From Laetmonice hystrix (taxonomy: Eukaryota), in the NCBI GenBank assembly GCA_965235115.1, contig OZ249436.1, forward strand, positions 49,416,001 to 49,480,000: a DNA stretch of 64,000 nucleotides. The letters run 5' to 3'. How positions within the stretch are numbered: the first letter of the stretch is position 1; every line of letters begins with the position of its first letter. The notes under the pieces are model-generated. The model did not search any database and was not told where the DNA came from. It saw only the letters and a list, made by a program, of their open reading frames with translations. This document shows positions 1 through 13,468 of the stretch, in pieces. Both the position numbers and the translations under genes were made by a program.

Positions 1-146
1 GTAGGAAGCTGAGGGCAGAGGGGGCTGCTGCCCCCCAATATTTATAAAATGACCGCAGGCTCAATGCAGAATCATAGGCGTAAGTCATTTTGACGTCACT
101 TCTGCCCCCCCCCCCCCCCAATATTTTTTTCCTTCCTACACCACTG
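1..146. mobile_element. MITE-like element truncated by the window start
   Basis: Window opens with gtaggaag; its reverse complement cttcctac occurs within cttcctacaccactg ending at 146; internal G/C tracts. Confidence 0.5.
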
Positions 147-1387
147 AAACATATAGATGTTTGAGAGTCTCATCATTACTGTATCTTTAGCACGTCTTTA
201 GCCGATACTATCTTTAATATTTTCTAATAGTAAGGCTGAGAATTCATGGACAATAAATCTGCAGTTGCCGAATAAACAGTGGTTTCATTGGCCCGGCACC
301 GTCCGCAGTATCCTTGTAGATTTGTTTTACATTTCCGCCTGATCCCAGATAAGACCATCAGCATTCACTTAGAATCCGATACTCTTCATCAGTCACACCA
401 AAGACAGTTCGCCAGTCTTCAAGATTGGTATCAATTAAGACTATTCTCTTAATAATGTGCACAAAACTCAATAATTAAGCGTACTGCTGGCGAGGCGAGA
501 GAGGTTCATTAGTGTTTGTTCGATGGGAATCAAGTAATGAAATGCGAAATTAGCCTTTAATCAGTTTCGTTTCTATGTCGAAGCGACGCGACAAGAGACG
601 TTTTCCAGTCTCGTGGCATTTCAGCGGCTCCTACTCAATTTCACAGACAAAACGTACGATCTAGGCATTCATAGCACGGCTGACGTATAGCACTGACGAG
701 GGCAGTAAGGACAAGGAAGGCATGCATACATGACTATTTTAGAGAATTGCTGGTGAAAGAGTAAAACAATGATCTTAATATCTGAATATCTTGAAAATGC
801 GGTCTGTTCCAGGGAATGTAGACAAGGGCTAAAGCACTGTACATTTATAAATTTGTAAATAACCATCAATTTAGACCAAATTCTAACAAATCAAACACGG
901 GCGTTATCGTAAAAATGAAAACTCCGAGTTTCGTTCTTAGGTTAATGACTTTATTGCCGTACCTTAAAGATGACTCCTACATCATGGATACACAGGTAGA
1001 TCAGATAGGCAACAGAGTGAAACAAATCAAATGTATTCCACAGAATATTGTGGAGATTTGAGGTCAGAGACATGTGGGCCAGCACCAAAAACAGAGTATT
1101 ACGAAAAAGGCGTTGGTCTCTTAGTTGATACTTGTTTATTTGTGTGAGAACATTCCTGCTCCTGCTGCTGTTCCATAATTATTGTTTTACAAGATCACGT
1201 TGGAGGACGCTGTGTAATCACACGGGGTTCTTCCCGTATATATCATGAATCGATGCAAACTTAGGAAATAAGGGGGGCACATACTTCTTACCCTTCAGAA
1301 TATGAATGAATATATATCCCGAGCCCCCTCTGACAGGTATTGTATCTGATAGTGTGACGGTCTACCAAAGGTCGGCGTGTAAAATTA

Positions 1388-1574
1388 CTCCAGTAGGTGT
1401 CCGTGTAACACTGCCCTCCTGGTTGTTACCCCTCCAGTAGGTGTCCGTGTAACACTGTCCTCCTGGTTGTTACCCCTCCAGTAGGTGTCCGTGTAACACT
1501 GTCCTCCTGGTTGTTACCCCTCCAGTAAGTGTCCGTGTAACATGCTCTCCTGGTTGTTGCCCCTCCAGTAGGTG
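1388..1574. repeat. 44-bp tandem repeat, about 4 copies
   Basis: Unit ctccagtaggtgtccgtgtaacactg(c/t)cctcctggttgttaccc. Confidence 0.9.
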
Positions 1575-4500
1575 GCCCTTGGGATCAGTGAGAGGATCAG
1601 ACACAGGTCTGTGCCGTGTCTAGTGGCTACCCAATAAAACACTTTACACGCGCGTTAAGGAGCAAGAGTTCTTGTTTGCTTCACTTCAAAGTGGTGGTGC
1701 GGTGATAGCGGTTTACGTGTCGCTATTGACCTTGTGCTTGATATTCTATTGACTGGAGAGTTTGTACTGCACAGTCAATGGCACCGTGCCAGAGACAGCT
1801 GGGGCATTTACAGCTACCATAACCACTGGTCTCGGAAACAGCAGGAGCATCAGCGCCACAAGCAGTAGGCTTGTCGAGACAATAGCGTTAACAAGCCTCA
1901 CTTGTCATTAGTTTCTCTTGTCTTTTGAACAAAAGGAGGCCACACCTTCCATGCTACTATCATAACCCTGTACCACGTTTGATTAATTGGCATATGTCAT
2001 TGAAATAAATGAGGTTCAGCAGGCAGCAGGGTTTAATTTCAACTGAAAACGAATTCCATAATGACATAGTTTCTGGTGTCATCAGAAGAGTTCGGACCTA
2101 TGATAATGAAGGTTTTTAAAACTCTACATCGTGTATCCTACGTTACATAATTGCCTTGTGTGGTTTTCGTTTGTTCAGACGCCGTTCAACATGCGCGCGC
2201 AGCTGCAAGCATGACTATGTATCGTCGTTACACCCGCTCAATACCTTTAGCAAAGTGAGTCGTCCAATTCCCGTCTTAAGACGTCTATATGTGCACGGCC
2301 GGCCGCTGGTGGACAGGTGTCGGGTTCCCAGCCGTGCACCAGTTGTAATCTGCCAACACGCCACCACAACCATGCTAGGCAAACCGTGGCTTCCAGTCCG
2401 AGCAGGCCAGGATCGTGAATACGACCCCACCCAGCCGGTCTCTGAGGGAGACGGCTGAAACTCGATCTCATCCACACCATCTAAACAAATTAACATCAAC
2501 ACGGTTAGGATTTTTCGGTATAATTATATTATTCATGAACCTGTACTAGTTATTCTAAATAATATGTCCAAAACTCCTATATTTTCTTAAAATTTCATAC
2601 GCAAAAGAAACTCAATATAGAAAAGGTTGTTTTGCACAGTTAGGCAGTGTATTTCGGCAGATGTTAGGCTCAAAATGATTTTGATATATTCCCAGAGATC
2701 GCCAGCCATGCCCAAATTGTACTTGTTCAGACACACCCTTCAATAAACCGTTGTCATTTTCATTTTTTACTGGTAAACAATCAATTGTGTTAAGTCGATA
2801 GTTTTTTCTGCAAAATTGTTCTGCAAGCGCAGTTCCCAAGAATATGGGGTTGGTGGTTCCCTACCGAAAAAATTAAAAAAGTCATGCAATACGTTTCAGG
2901 GATGATATTAGTATCCATTCCGTCATAATTACAATGACTAAAACCACGTCACACCAGAACGACCATCTAGTGCAATTATAGCATGTGTTTGTCTAACTCA
3001 CTGAAGGCATAGCGATATTAACCAGATCGAGGTATAATTTGGTAAACCACTTGCCACATGAGTGAGCGTCGATTAAAGCCACATGAATATTTCAGCAGGG
3101 CTGGTATGGCCAGGTTGAAAGCGTGCAAACATTCTATAGACACATGTTTTGGACCCCCCCCCCCCCCCCCAATTCCTAAGCCGATGGTGAAGGAAGAAAT
3201 GTGGGTATCTGTAGCAAACTGAGCTGTGGGAAAATAATGTTGGACGGCAGTTCTGATCTGAGTGTAACGTGATTGTTGTGGATGTCGTGTTTGGGTTGGG
3301 TGAGCAGGGCGGCACGGTCTCTGTGTGACCAACATGACACTGACGTGGAATCGAACCGTACTTCACACTCCAACCCCCTCCCCCAATGTCCCCGCGGGAC
3401 GCCCGGGCAAAATGCTGGCAAATATAATTATAGGGGGAAATCACACCGCACGGGGGGTGCAGGGTTGGGACCATGTGATTAGCCATAATTTTCGCAGGGA
3501 AAATTGTACTTGAATATCAGAAACCCTGGGCCACGGCATTGAATCCATGCAAGCGCTGCCAACCGTCTGTGAGGGGCCCGGTATTTTGGAATGGTTGACT
3601 GTCACGGCTGTCGGCTGCATTTGAAGCAAGTCTTCCCTGTATAAAAGCAAGCACGTGGCGGGCCACCGGCTATGACCCATGGTCAGAAGTGTCTTACTGT
3701 CCGTTCGGTGCGGCCCATGGCACCAATGAAACAAGGTGTGTGATTGGCTTATGATCAATATGTAATGGACATTCGATTTCAGATAAGCAGGAATTACGAG
3801 ACAAGGTGGATATCCTTGCAACGTCAATGAACCGTGAAAACGCCGAGATTGGGTCGAGATACTGTTTGAACGCCATGCCCCACTCCACTCTCACGGCCTC
3901 GTTCTCATATCGACTTCCGGTTTGGGAACAAAGTCAGGAATGTGTGACCCAGAACTGTGTCGCTCATTTAGATTTTTTTCTTTCTTAATTTTATAGATAG
4001 GGTAGGTTGATGGATATCCATAAATAGACAAACAACGACAAAAAGAGATTGACGATAGTGATAATGATGATTAAGAAATGATAATGATGAAAGTCGTGTT
4101 CTAAGGTGATTAAAACAACAATAATAGAGGAGTCTAATCATAGCAGGCCTAATCACGTGTCATTAGAAGGAGAGAGAGACGCGTCACCATAACGACCACA
4201 AGATAAAGGTTATCAGGGGGGACAAGTTCACGGGACAATAATGTTTTGAAAAAGACGAGAAATGTCTGAATGATTCTGTTACGTTCTATTGTATAATGCA
4301 CATCTCTAGCCACGTGATCGCTGGTCTGTGTATAGACAACCCAATCTGACGCTTTAAGCTTTTCAGATGAAGTGAAATTTTAGAAAACAAGGACCAAGAA
4401 AAAGAGGATATTTCGGTATATTATACAGGAGAACGTCATCACGTATTGCCGACAGAACATACCCATCAGAGATGGGTTTTATGGTATCGGGATGGAATTT

Positions 4501-5599
4501 ATTCCATAAAATTTATCCTTATGAATGAGAAACGCCGACACTGTTTGGTCCTGACATTTGGCGTCTGGTGCGTGGTTGTGCGTTCACGTTGTAACTGTGC
4601 GACGATGGACGGAAAGGGTCGGCTAGTCGGCTATTTATCGTGTGACACTGAAGGCTGAGTCTGTCATTAAAGATGACGGGAGGCACACTCCGACACGTCC
4701 CCGCCAGTTAATACGAGTAGCCATCGATTTTATTTGCTTGGCGAAGAGCAAATGTTGACTAGATCGTTGTCTGTTCGTCTACAACTGAAGGTGGCACAAA
4801 GTGGCTGTCATTCACGACCAACGCGTGGAGTGGCAAAAACTGTGGACAGAATACCAAGGGCCTCTTTAAGGAGAATTATACACTGTTTGCATGAAAAGAT
4901 TTCAAAGGGAGATTTCTTGAATGGTTTTGGAGTTTGCCAGACGGTTTGTTATTAGTATTTCTTGACTTACCACCATTGCCATCAAAAACAGCGCTATCAA
5001 AACAGGGCAAGACCTTTACAGTTGATTGTCGGGCAGGAACCCACCCCAGAACGTACCCAAATTTCCCTTTTTAAGTATTTTCCTCAAATCTCAACTGAAA
5101 CAAAAACCGCCTGCGTTGATGCACATTATTAGTCTGAGCAGTTACGATTTGTAAGGCACGAAGGTCAGGATGTGTTTTGACCCTGAACCCGTAGAGATCT
5201 CTACACCAAGATCTGGGCTATCAGTCAGGAGCCACCTCTATGTATCGGTACCACTCACTGTAGCATCGAGGGAGGTGGGTTGGGAGGGGGAGGGGTAGGC
5301 GGCTCGGACTTGAAGCGTCAGTTGTGGGGATAGCGCCAGTTCTGCCTGCTTCTGGTAGCGGTCGATGACGTCTAGTGAAGCTGGCTGCCACTGCGTGCAG
5401 TCTCAGCCCAACCAATGGGAGAGGACTTACGAAAAGTGAGGCAACACCGCGTAAATTACACTTGATCGTCATGCAAAGAGCCAAGTTTGCATCAGCGTAA
5501 ATTATCAGCATTGTTTCCATATTTCTACGAGGGAGTACTGCTACCAGTGCGTTGGTTCGGTATAAGTGTATGTACTATGTGATACTGGATGGTCAACTC

Positions 5600-5728
5600 G
5601 TCATTAGTACCACTCGCGACCTCGCTGTGTGTGTCTCTCTATCTCTCTCCGCTTCCCGCCAGCTTCAGCAACAATTCTCAGACCCTCTCTTCCAGCCGAC
5701 GTACGCCAACCATGATCCCCGTGTTTCG
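5600..5728 (+). other. Candidate shared first (5' UTR) exon of the VAChT/ChAT locus; start approximate
   Basis: Consensus donor TCG|GTAAGT at 5728/5729; ATG at 5712 in ccaaccATG context; position fits the shared leader exon known from other cholinergic loci. No transcript evidence. Confidence 0.45.
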
Positions 5729-6758
5729 GTAAGTATTTCCGATGGGTCGGATCGGTTTGGCAAGTTTTAGTAACACATAATTCCAGTTGGGTAGAGCAAT
5801 TTTAGATCTAGACTTTTACCGTATGCAAGAGTGTGCCTCTGCGGGCCTGTGATAGTCGAAATGAGAGCACACTTATTGGAACTATACATCGTTCAGAGTG
5901 CTGCTCACGTGCCATCAGGAATCACCACATCTTCGCCAGGAACAAGAAAAAATATCGTCTACGATCTCCAATCTATCTTGTTTTACAAAATGGCTGATGA
6001 TAAACAGTTTACAATCAACGACATAGTCCTTCAAGCTCCACGACTCGCAGACCAGCACCATCCAAGTTCGCCGCATTGGCAGAGCAAGCGCTTCAGAGTT
6101 CTTTCTCGAATCCTGCAGGAGACCCGCGCCAAAAGCGCAGCGAGTCAAACGACACTGAACAAGGATGTAGAACTAACGAGTGCCATTCAAACGACGTACA
6201 ATTATGGCCCATTCAGAGGGAACCATGGCCCCTGGTTAAGTCAGGTTCAGTAGCCCGCATTGGAGCAGAACCCCTGGAGGCACATGACACAAGAACGATA
6301 CTAGGAAACACTACTTTGCCTCTGATTGAATTCAAAATGCAAAAATCGCTTCAAGGAAGAATAGACAATTTATTTGCTAATACGGTGTCTGCGAGTATGT
6401 ATGAAAGACGGAAGTTTTAACAATGGCGCCCTTTCCTTCATTGCTATATTTTTATTTTCTTAACTGCAGCTGTGTAAATATGTTATACGGCCAAAAAGCA
6501 AAGCAAAACAAAAACTCGATCGGATAGTCAGATATATATTCCGACGCATAATTCGTGCTTGAATTTCTTGAATTTGTTTGAATTTATAATTTATGAAGAT
6601 GAACATTCTACAGTACCAATGGTATGAACAGAATAGACGGGACAGACAGCAGTATATTATACACAGGTGACAGAAACAGCATCAGTAACGCCCGAAGCAC
6701 GTACAGAAAAGTGTCTGAAAAAAATAACTTTGATGTCTTACTTTCTGTCCATTTTCAG

Positions 6759-6804
6759 GTTCAGTTGGCAGTTGTGAGGGCTTGAGTCGGGATAGAGATT
6801 CCAG
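6759..6804 (+). other. Candidate 46-nt second 5' UTR exon
   Basis: Strong acceptor ttactttctgtccattttcag| and donor CAG|GTAAAT. Confidence 0.5.
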
Positions 6805-9800
6805 GTAAATATTGCTACGATTACTAGAGCATTATCATTATGTTTCTAAAAGCTACTTTCCTCCCGAAACTCGAGGTACGAATATCTGTTTACGCGGGTG
6901 TCCTTGTACAAGTGACCTCTTGTGTAGATATTGACCACGAGGAGATGTTTGGGGGGTTCCGGTTAGAGGTATGCTTTTGTTAATGATCGTACAGTCGTAA
7001 GTTAAGGTGTATCTTGTACATCGTTTTCACCAAACCATTTTAAGACAATGCGATACGTACAGAAATGTGTTGTTATGGTGTTAGATTTTTATGTGTACGT
7101 GCGCTACAGCACGGATCATCATATTCACGCCTGGTTCCAACAGCGCTCATTACTTTACACTTGCGTCGACTGTCAGAACTGCTAACACCATTAGCGACAA
7201 ATTGTCTGGCTGTTGATGGCGCTCGGATTGACACGAGTTCAACACATACCATGGCAATGAATCGGAAAATTATCAATTAACAAGCAAGAGGATGTTCACC
7301 TTGACAGTCTCAGATCTCTCCGGATAATCTCTGAGTATAACCCTGCCTAGTCTCGTCAGTAGCGCGTTTCCATAATGAAGGGGATTGGGAGTGGGCTAAT
7401 GATGTCACACAGGGGACTGGTCACCTTGATACAGCCCTCGTCAGCCCACTCCCTCTACTTCCCTCTCTACTCTCTGGCTAATTCACGTCCGACGTGCATT
7501 GTTTTCGTAACCTTCTCTTCTTCTTCGTCGCTATTTGACATTCAAATTATCAAGATGATTTTATTTACCAAATGAACAAGCGATGTCGTCGTCGGAAACA
7601 ATTCGTGCTCATAGCAATACATGAGGAAGAACGTCTCTCCAAATGTTAATGGTAATTGGCCTGGGCCGAAATATTATCGTCACTAATTGCGTTGTCGGGG
7701 AGGTGTTCTCAATGTTTGATGTCCCTCATGCTCAAACGATTGAGGAATATCATTTCTTTGAAATTACAGAGCGGGAATGTCAATAGGGTGTGAATTTTCG
7801 ATACAAATCATCGGCAAATAGTGACTATATTTTACTATACTCTACTATTAAAATTACTTCTTTTCGTCGAATGGAAAGTTGAAAAGCACATTTAGGGGGT
7901 GCCCGATGATGTTTGGATGATGTTGCCCGATGATGTTTGGAACTTGATCTCAAAATCTAAAGAAGAGTTGCGTGTTTATGGTTGTCTAAAGTCCTGTCTC
8001 ACGCTAGAGCTATGGGCGGACCATCTAAAGCTGAGCCAGGGAAACGGTTGTCACTCTGTAATTGGATTCCCCTGCAATTTGCTGTCGGTTTCCGACAGTA
8101 CATTAGCATAGGAAGAGGTAACAAAGTAAGCGGCCTGTCTGGCACGCCTAGAGTGCTGCCGTCTATATATTAAATAGGAATTACAACCGGAATGTCGTGA
8201 CCAATGAAAAGACGAGACTTTGGCATCGATTTATTATCACGTCATTTTTTTCTGCCTACACAGCAATCACAAACGTCCGCAGTACTTCCGCCGTGTTTTA
8301 CGACTAAGTACACGAGGCCGAGCTTTTTAAGTTTCTCCCAAGTGGGCGCGGCGGCTGCCCCATGTTTAACATCTACTTTTAGCGTGTGTAATATTCACTC
8401 AGGTTTATTTGGATAACAATTCTCACGGGATACTAACTCGGTTTTGCTTAATTTCGCCACTTAATCGCCGTGTTAATGCGGTGGTGTTACGGGCGGATTA
8501 TTGAGCACATCGGAGCATGGTTCCGACTTAATCTTGTTTGAATGCCCCAGACTCGAGCGTTTCATTGATTATTCGCCTTGCCGCAGAAATGCTTGTAGCG
8601 TCCGTGGCACTAAAAGTGTTGGCCCTGTGTAATCTGTAGAATATTACAGACTCGCACAAGGAGCCAATGATGTTGAAGGAGTAAGGCAGTGTGAAGTCGG
8701 CGAGCAAGTTGGCCAGTTCCTTGATCGTGACCTTGTTGACTCGATGGATCCGGTTTGTAATTGCCTCTAGTGGTCCACGAACATATAACTGACTGATTTC
8801 AGTGGGATGTGATGTCTCTGCAGCAACCTTACAATCGTACCATCTATAGTGAGGAGGGGGAACAATCTAAACAATATGCTGCTAAACTATCCTCAGGTCT
8901 GAAATTGGACCGTCGGCTGTGCTCAGTATATATCCCTGGTCAAGGACTCAGTATCTGCCCGCCTGCAGCCTGCCTGCCCGCCTGCCCGCCTGCCCGCCTG
9001 CCTTGCTACCTTCACACCATACCGCCCTACTTGATAAGTGTGCGCGAGAAGACAATGCAATAAATGACTATACTTAAACTGAAAACCGCCGCACACTTTA
9101 CTCTTCCAATCCCGAAGAGCTGCGTAACCCACGCTGTGTTTCTCTCGTCTTTGAAGGAACCGCAGGGAGGCTTGAAGTGGCAGGCGGCGGACGGACTGAG
9201 TGGGCCTGACAATCTTCCCCGCCCTGGTACTCCCGGCACTCTCCCCGACCATACAGCCAACGGTCCGGCCTGGGCCCTCGATGTCAGGCAAGCTACTTGC
9301 TTCTGCTACGGGTGCATGTGGTATTCACAACTCCTGATACATGCTCGTCAGCCCACAGGACGTCCAGGTAGAACCGTCATTTAAAAAAGGTGGCAGTCAC
9401 GGATAGAATACTGATGTTTGAGCCAAAAAAACACCATAAGAGAAATATATAAAAGTATTCGTTATAGAAACCCTCCAAAACATATTGGCTGAAGCGGATA
9501 TTCGATACCACAACACGCCCTGTACAATCGCGGAACTTGTGTTGCTATTGTTGAAAAGTTGTGTCTTTTGCTGGCTGCATTGACTCGGAATTCAACTCGG
9601 TCATGGATTATTTGACAGTCTATTCCACAGTGGCTCATATATTTTATTGAGACGTCCCCCCAGTCGTCTCCGTGTCGGGAGGACCGACCGATATTTGACT
9701 GGCGATCTGCGGCCGGTCGGACTGAATACACGCTCGACTGTACCAATGGGGTTCTCGCTGAATTGGTCTTAATTGGCGCGGTTGAGTTCACCCCACCGCC

Positions 9801-10169
9801 AGGCATTGATCGAGACCTCATCAATATTTCATTGGACCAACATTGCTCCTTGATAGCGAGATACCACCAGCAACACTCAGCAAATAGAGCCATCTGCCTC
9901 GGCAGCCTTCTCCATTGTTAGTCGGTCATCTAGGATTGTCTTGTCACAATCCAACATGGTGGACCCCTGTTTGGTGATGACTACACAGCTGAGTCCACTA
10001 CTGACTCCGTCTAAATAAAGACCATCTACAGCCGTCAAAACATCGACCCTTCTCTAGATGTAATACATGTCATCCTTCCTCTCAACCTCTAGTAAAATCT
10101 ACTTCCTATCTATGTATTTCCCTGGCACTGTCGGGATATCCTCGGCGACAAATCACGGTGTCTTCACTT

Positions 10170-10191
10170 GGAACTGTGTGCATGTTCCAGG
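10170..10191 (+). promoter_or_regulatory. Candidate 3' splice acceptor of the VAChT exon (exon starts 10191)
   Basis: tgtgtgcatgttccag|G, 124 nt upstream of the VAChT ATG. Confidence 0.5.
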
Positions 10192-10314
10192 CCGGTGAAT
10201 GTTTGTGAGTTAGGAGTATTCGGTGTACGAACAGTTGGTGTTTCAAGTTGGAACAGGCTCTGCCATTGTTGTGATTCCTTGTTGGAGGTGTTTGTGTAAG
10301 ATTCAAGCAGCAAA

Positions 10315-12063
10315 ATGCCGGTAATTCCGTTTTTGAACAAGGACGCGCGACAACTATGGGACGAGGCGAACACAAAGGTTCACGATGCTCAGACCCAGCG
10401 TCGCCTCGTTCTCATCATCGTCTGTATCGCCCTTCTGTTGGACAACATGTTGTACATGGTCATCGTACCAATCATCCCCGTCTATTTACGGTCCATTGAC
10501 CAGTGGAGAGGACCAACTATCAGTAACGGGGTCCATTCCCCGGGTCTCAACGGCTCATTGCAAAATGGGACCGGCGATGGTAAAATCCACCTTCTAGTTC
10601 CGGACGAGTCTGAGGACGCGTCTGTGGGAGTATTATTCGCGTCCAAGGCCATCGTCCAGCTGATGATAAACCCCGTTTCCGGGACGCTCATAGACAGAAT
10701 CGGTTATGACCTTCCCATGGTGTTTGGTCTAAGCGTTATTTTTCTTTCTACGGCAATATTTGCTTTCGGTCAAAGCTACGGTGTTCTGTTTGCGGCACGA
10801 AGTCTGCAGGGCGTGGGGTCAGCGTTCGCGGACACGGCTGGACTGGCTATGATTGCTGACCGTTATGTTGAGGAGGACCAGCGAGCGACCGCTCTAGGTA
10901 TCGCCCTGGCCTTTATCTCATTCGGCTCCCTCTTCGCGCCACCATTCGGGGGAATCCTGTACGAGTTCGCCGGAAAGTGCGTGCCCTTCCTTCTGTTGGC
11001 GACCATCGCCCTGATCGACGGGTTCCTGCTAGTCCTCGTCATGAAACCCGTTCGCTTGGAAAGGTCTATGCTGAAGCTGGAGGGAAACCTGCCCCATGGC
11101 ACCCCAATCTACAAGCTTATCATGGACCCATACATTGCCATCTGTGCAGGCGCATTGGTCATGGCCAATGTGAGCTTGGCGTTCCTGGAACCGACAATGG
11201 CCCTTTGGATGAAGGACACCATGAACGCCACGGAGTGGGAGATGGGCCTCGTGTGGTTGCCCGCGTTCTTTCCGCACGTGTTGGGGGTCTACCTAACCGT
11301 CAAGTTGACTAAAAAATACCCGACCTATCCGTGGGCTCTCTGCGCTATCGGCCTGGTTCTGGAAGGTGTCAGTTGTCTCATGGTCCCATTCTGTACCAGT
11401 TATGGCGCTGTTATCGTCCCACTGATGCTCGACTGCTTCGGCATCGCTCTCGTTGATACTGCTATTCTCCCAACCCTCGGCTACCTTGTCGACACCCGGC
11501 ACGCGTCCGTCTACGGGTCGGTCTATGCCATCGCAGACATAAGCTACTCCTTGGCCTATGCGTTCGGCCCGATCGTGGCTGGCGGTATCGTTGCCTCCAT
11601 TGGTTTCACGTGGCTGAACATCGGGATCTTCGTCAGTAACATCTTGTACGCGCCGGCTCTGTTCCTCCTGAGGCATATCTACGAGTACAAACCGTTTGAG
11701 AATGAACCCATCCTGATGGAGACGCAGCCTACACAGACGTACAAGACTTACCACATGAGCTCCGAGCACGGCACCACCCCCAAGGACCCGCTGGAGGAGA
11801 GGGGGTACGGGGACGGCAGCGGCGGCGGCGGCGGCGACAGCGGGGGGATGGTAGGCGATGGGCGTGGTAGTATCGGTGGGATGGGCCCGACCACCGGTGG
11901 CGGTCCCGGCGGTGGGGGCGGTAGGGAGCCTGGCTACCCTCCACGGCGACCACCTCCACCGCGCCCTCCCCAGCCACAGCCTAACGGAGACCCCATTTAC
12001 CGCCAAGAAAAGGACCGTTTTATAAACAATACGGCTGACTCCGACTACAGGCATTATAATTAA
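10315..12063 (+). CDS. SLC18A3: Vesicular acetylcholine transporter (SLC18 family MFS transporter), intronless ORF, 582 aa
   Basis: SLC18 motifs IALLLDNMLYMVIVPIIP, LFASKA, ARSLQGVGSAFADT, AFLEPT, GSVYAIADISYS; about 12 hydrophobic segments; ATG context gcaaaATGc; position next to ChAT exons supports VAChT rather than VMAT. Confidence 0.97.
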   Translation: MPVIPFLNKDARQLWDEANTKVHDAQTQRRLVLIIVCIALLLDNMLYMVIVPIIPVYLRSIDQWRGPTISNGVHSPGLNGSLQNGTGDGKIHLLVPDESEDASVGVLFASKAIVQLMINPVSGTLIDRIGYDLPMVFGLSVIFLSTAIFAFGQSYGVLFAARSLQGVGSAFADTAGLAMIADRYVEEDQRATALGIALAFISFGSLFAPPFGGILYEFAGKCVPFLLLATIALIDGFLLVLVMKPVRLERSMLKLEGNLPHGTPIYKLIMDPYIAICAGALVMANVSLAFLEPTMALWMKDTMNATEWEMGLVWLPAFFPHVLGVYLTVKLTKKYPTYPWALCAIGLVLEGVSCLMVPFCTSYGAVIVPLMLDCFGIALVDTAILPTLGYLVDTRHASVYGSVYAIADISYSLAYAFGPIVAGGIVASIGFTWLNIGIFVSNILYAPALFLLRHIYEYKPFENEPILMETQPTQTYKTYHMSSEHGTTPKDPLEERGYGDGSGGGGGDSGGMVGDGRGSIGGMGPTTGGGPGGGGGREPGYPPRRPPPPRPPQPQPNGDPIYRQEKDRFINNTADSDYRHYN

Positions 12064-13411
12064 CAGGCCGCTTACATAGGAAGTGTTGTTATATGTTACA
12101 CAGTCGAACGGTATGGAAGAATGCTCCCGCCATGAATAATACAAGAGAACGTTAAAAAGATAGGAGTCACCAAGGTCGTTGGTAGAGGTCAATAGTGTAC
12201 GAGACGGAGGTAATATTGTGGCGGCGTGGTAGACAACCAATGATGTGATAAACGGCAGAGATCGTCTACAAGAAGTATGTCATGTTACGTCGAGATGTGA
12301 AGAAGAGAGCAAGTCGTTATGAGCATCAGAGTCCTATTTATACGCCTAGTGATATATTGTAATCAAAAGGTTTGATTTGGGGGTACCAGGTCTCATTTGT
12401 TCTCAGCTTATATCACATTATATTACCTGAACCGGTTGCTGTGTACTTATTTTTGTCAAAGCTCTACCATGATGATGAAAATATTTGTCATTCGGAGAAT
12501 TTCTATCATGAAATTAATTGTGTAGATTATATTTAAGAGAATGATATGGTGATAATACACGCTCATTGATCTTGAAATGTTCCCTTAACGTCAAACTAGG
12601 GTGAACGTCTGCAGAGGGAATACCATGTTCATGTTTCCTGGTGGTCCATTAATTTTTGTTAGATTATTTAAAGGTACTGTAGTCTTGACCCACTGATTGG
12701 TCGTCCACAAATGTTATGACGTCACAAATAACGCAGTAATTGTTGGTGATAGAATGTATATGTCATGAGTCATGATAGCATGTATTTCCTATATCTCTCG
12801 AGTCAGTTGATATGTCCGTATGTGAAATGGTTCCAAAGATAAACGTGACCTTGAGTGGACGGACAAACACGTGAATGATATAAGGTTTTCCTTATGAAGG
12901 TCACTTCTCTCACCTGTATGCAATGGAAATGGAAAGTAAATACACCCAGGGCAGGTATTCTCGACTGGCATATCCTGTCATTGCCAATTACTCACCTTTA
13001 AATGTCTACTTAATCCAGTGCAGTGATCATTCGTGCGTGATAGATACGTGTCAATTATAAATGTGTGACCGGGGTTTACAAAGTCTTACCGCCCGGCAGA
13101 CGGCTTGTCGTAAAACGTTTACCATCTAGCCGTGATAGTGGAATCATTATGTACATTTGTTTGGTTTGAAAGAGTGTGGATGTGGTGCGCATGTTGTAGT
13201 AGCCTGCAGTGGCGGAGAAAAGTCAATGCATGTGTTAACACTTGCATAATGACGACAACAGTGTCAATAGCAATACTCGTGTCTCTTCCATAAGTGACGA
13301 TACTTGTCGGTCCCTCTCGTGTCATGGCCGAGTTAGTGTCAGAGGGGGCATTAAACGTCACAGTTAAAGGCCGGGTCCAACCGTCCGATTGAGGTATAGA
13401 ATAATAGGCCT

Positions 13412-13468
13412 AGTCAGTCAGTCAGAGTCAGTCAGTCAGAGTCAGTCAGTCAGAGTCAGTCAGTCAGT
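13412..13468. repeat. (GTCA)n-based microsatellite
   Basis: agtcagtcagtcag repeats. Confidence 0.85.

Noticed and set aside
5831..6420. 140-aa and 114-aa ORFs upstream of VAChT
   Set aside because: No recognisable homology or exon structure; they lie in a presumed intron
12061..12135. Possible stop-codon readthrough of VAChT (TAA-C)
   Set aside because: TAA is the least leaky stop, and the short extension has no evident features
11293..12240. 315-aa antisense ORF overlapping VAChT
   Set aside because: Shadow ORF of a GC-rich coding strand; no recognisable domain
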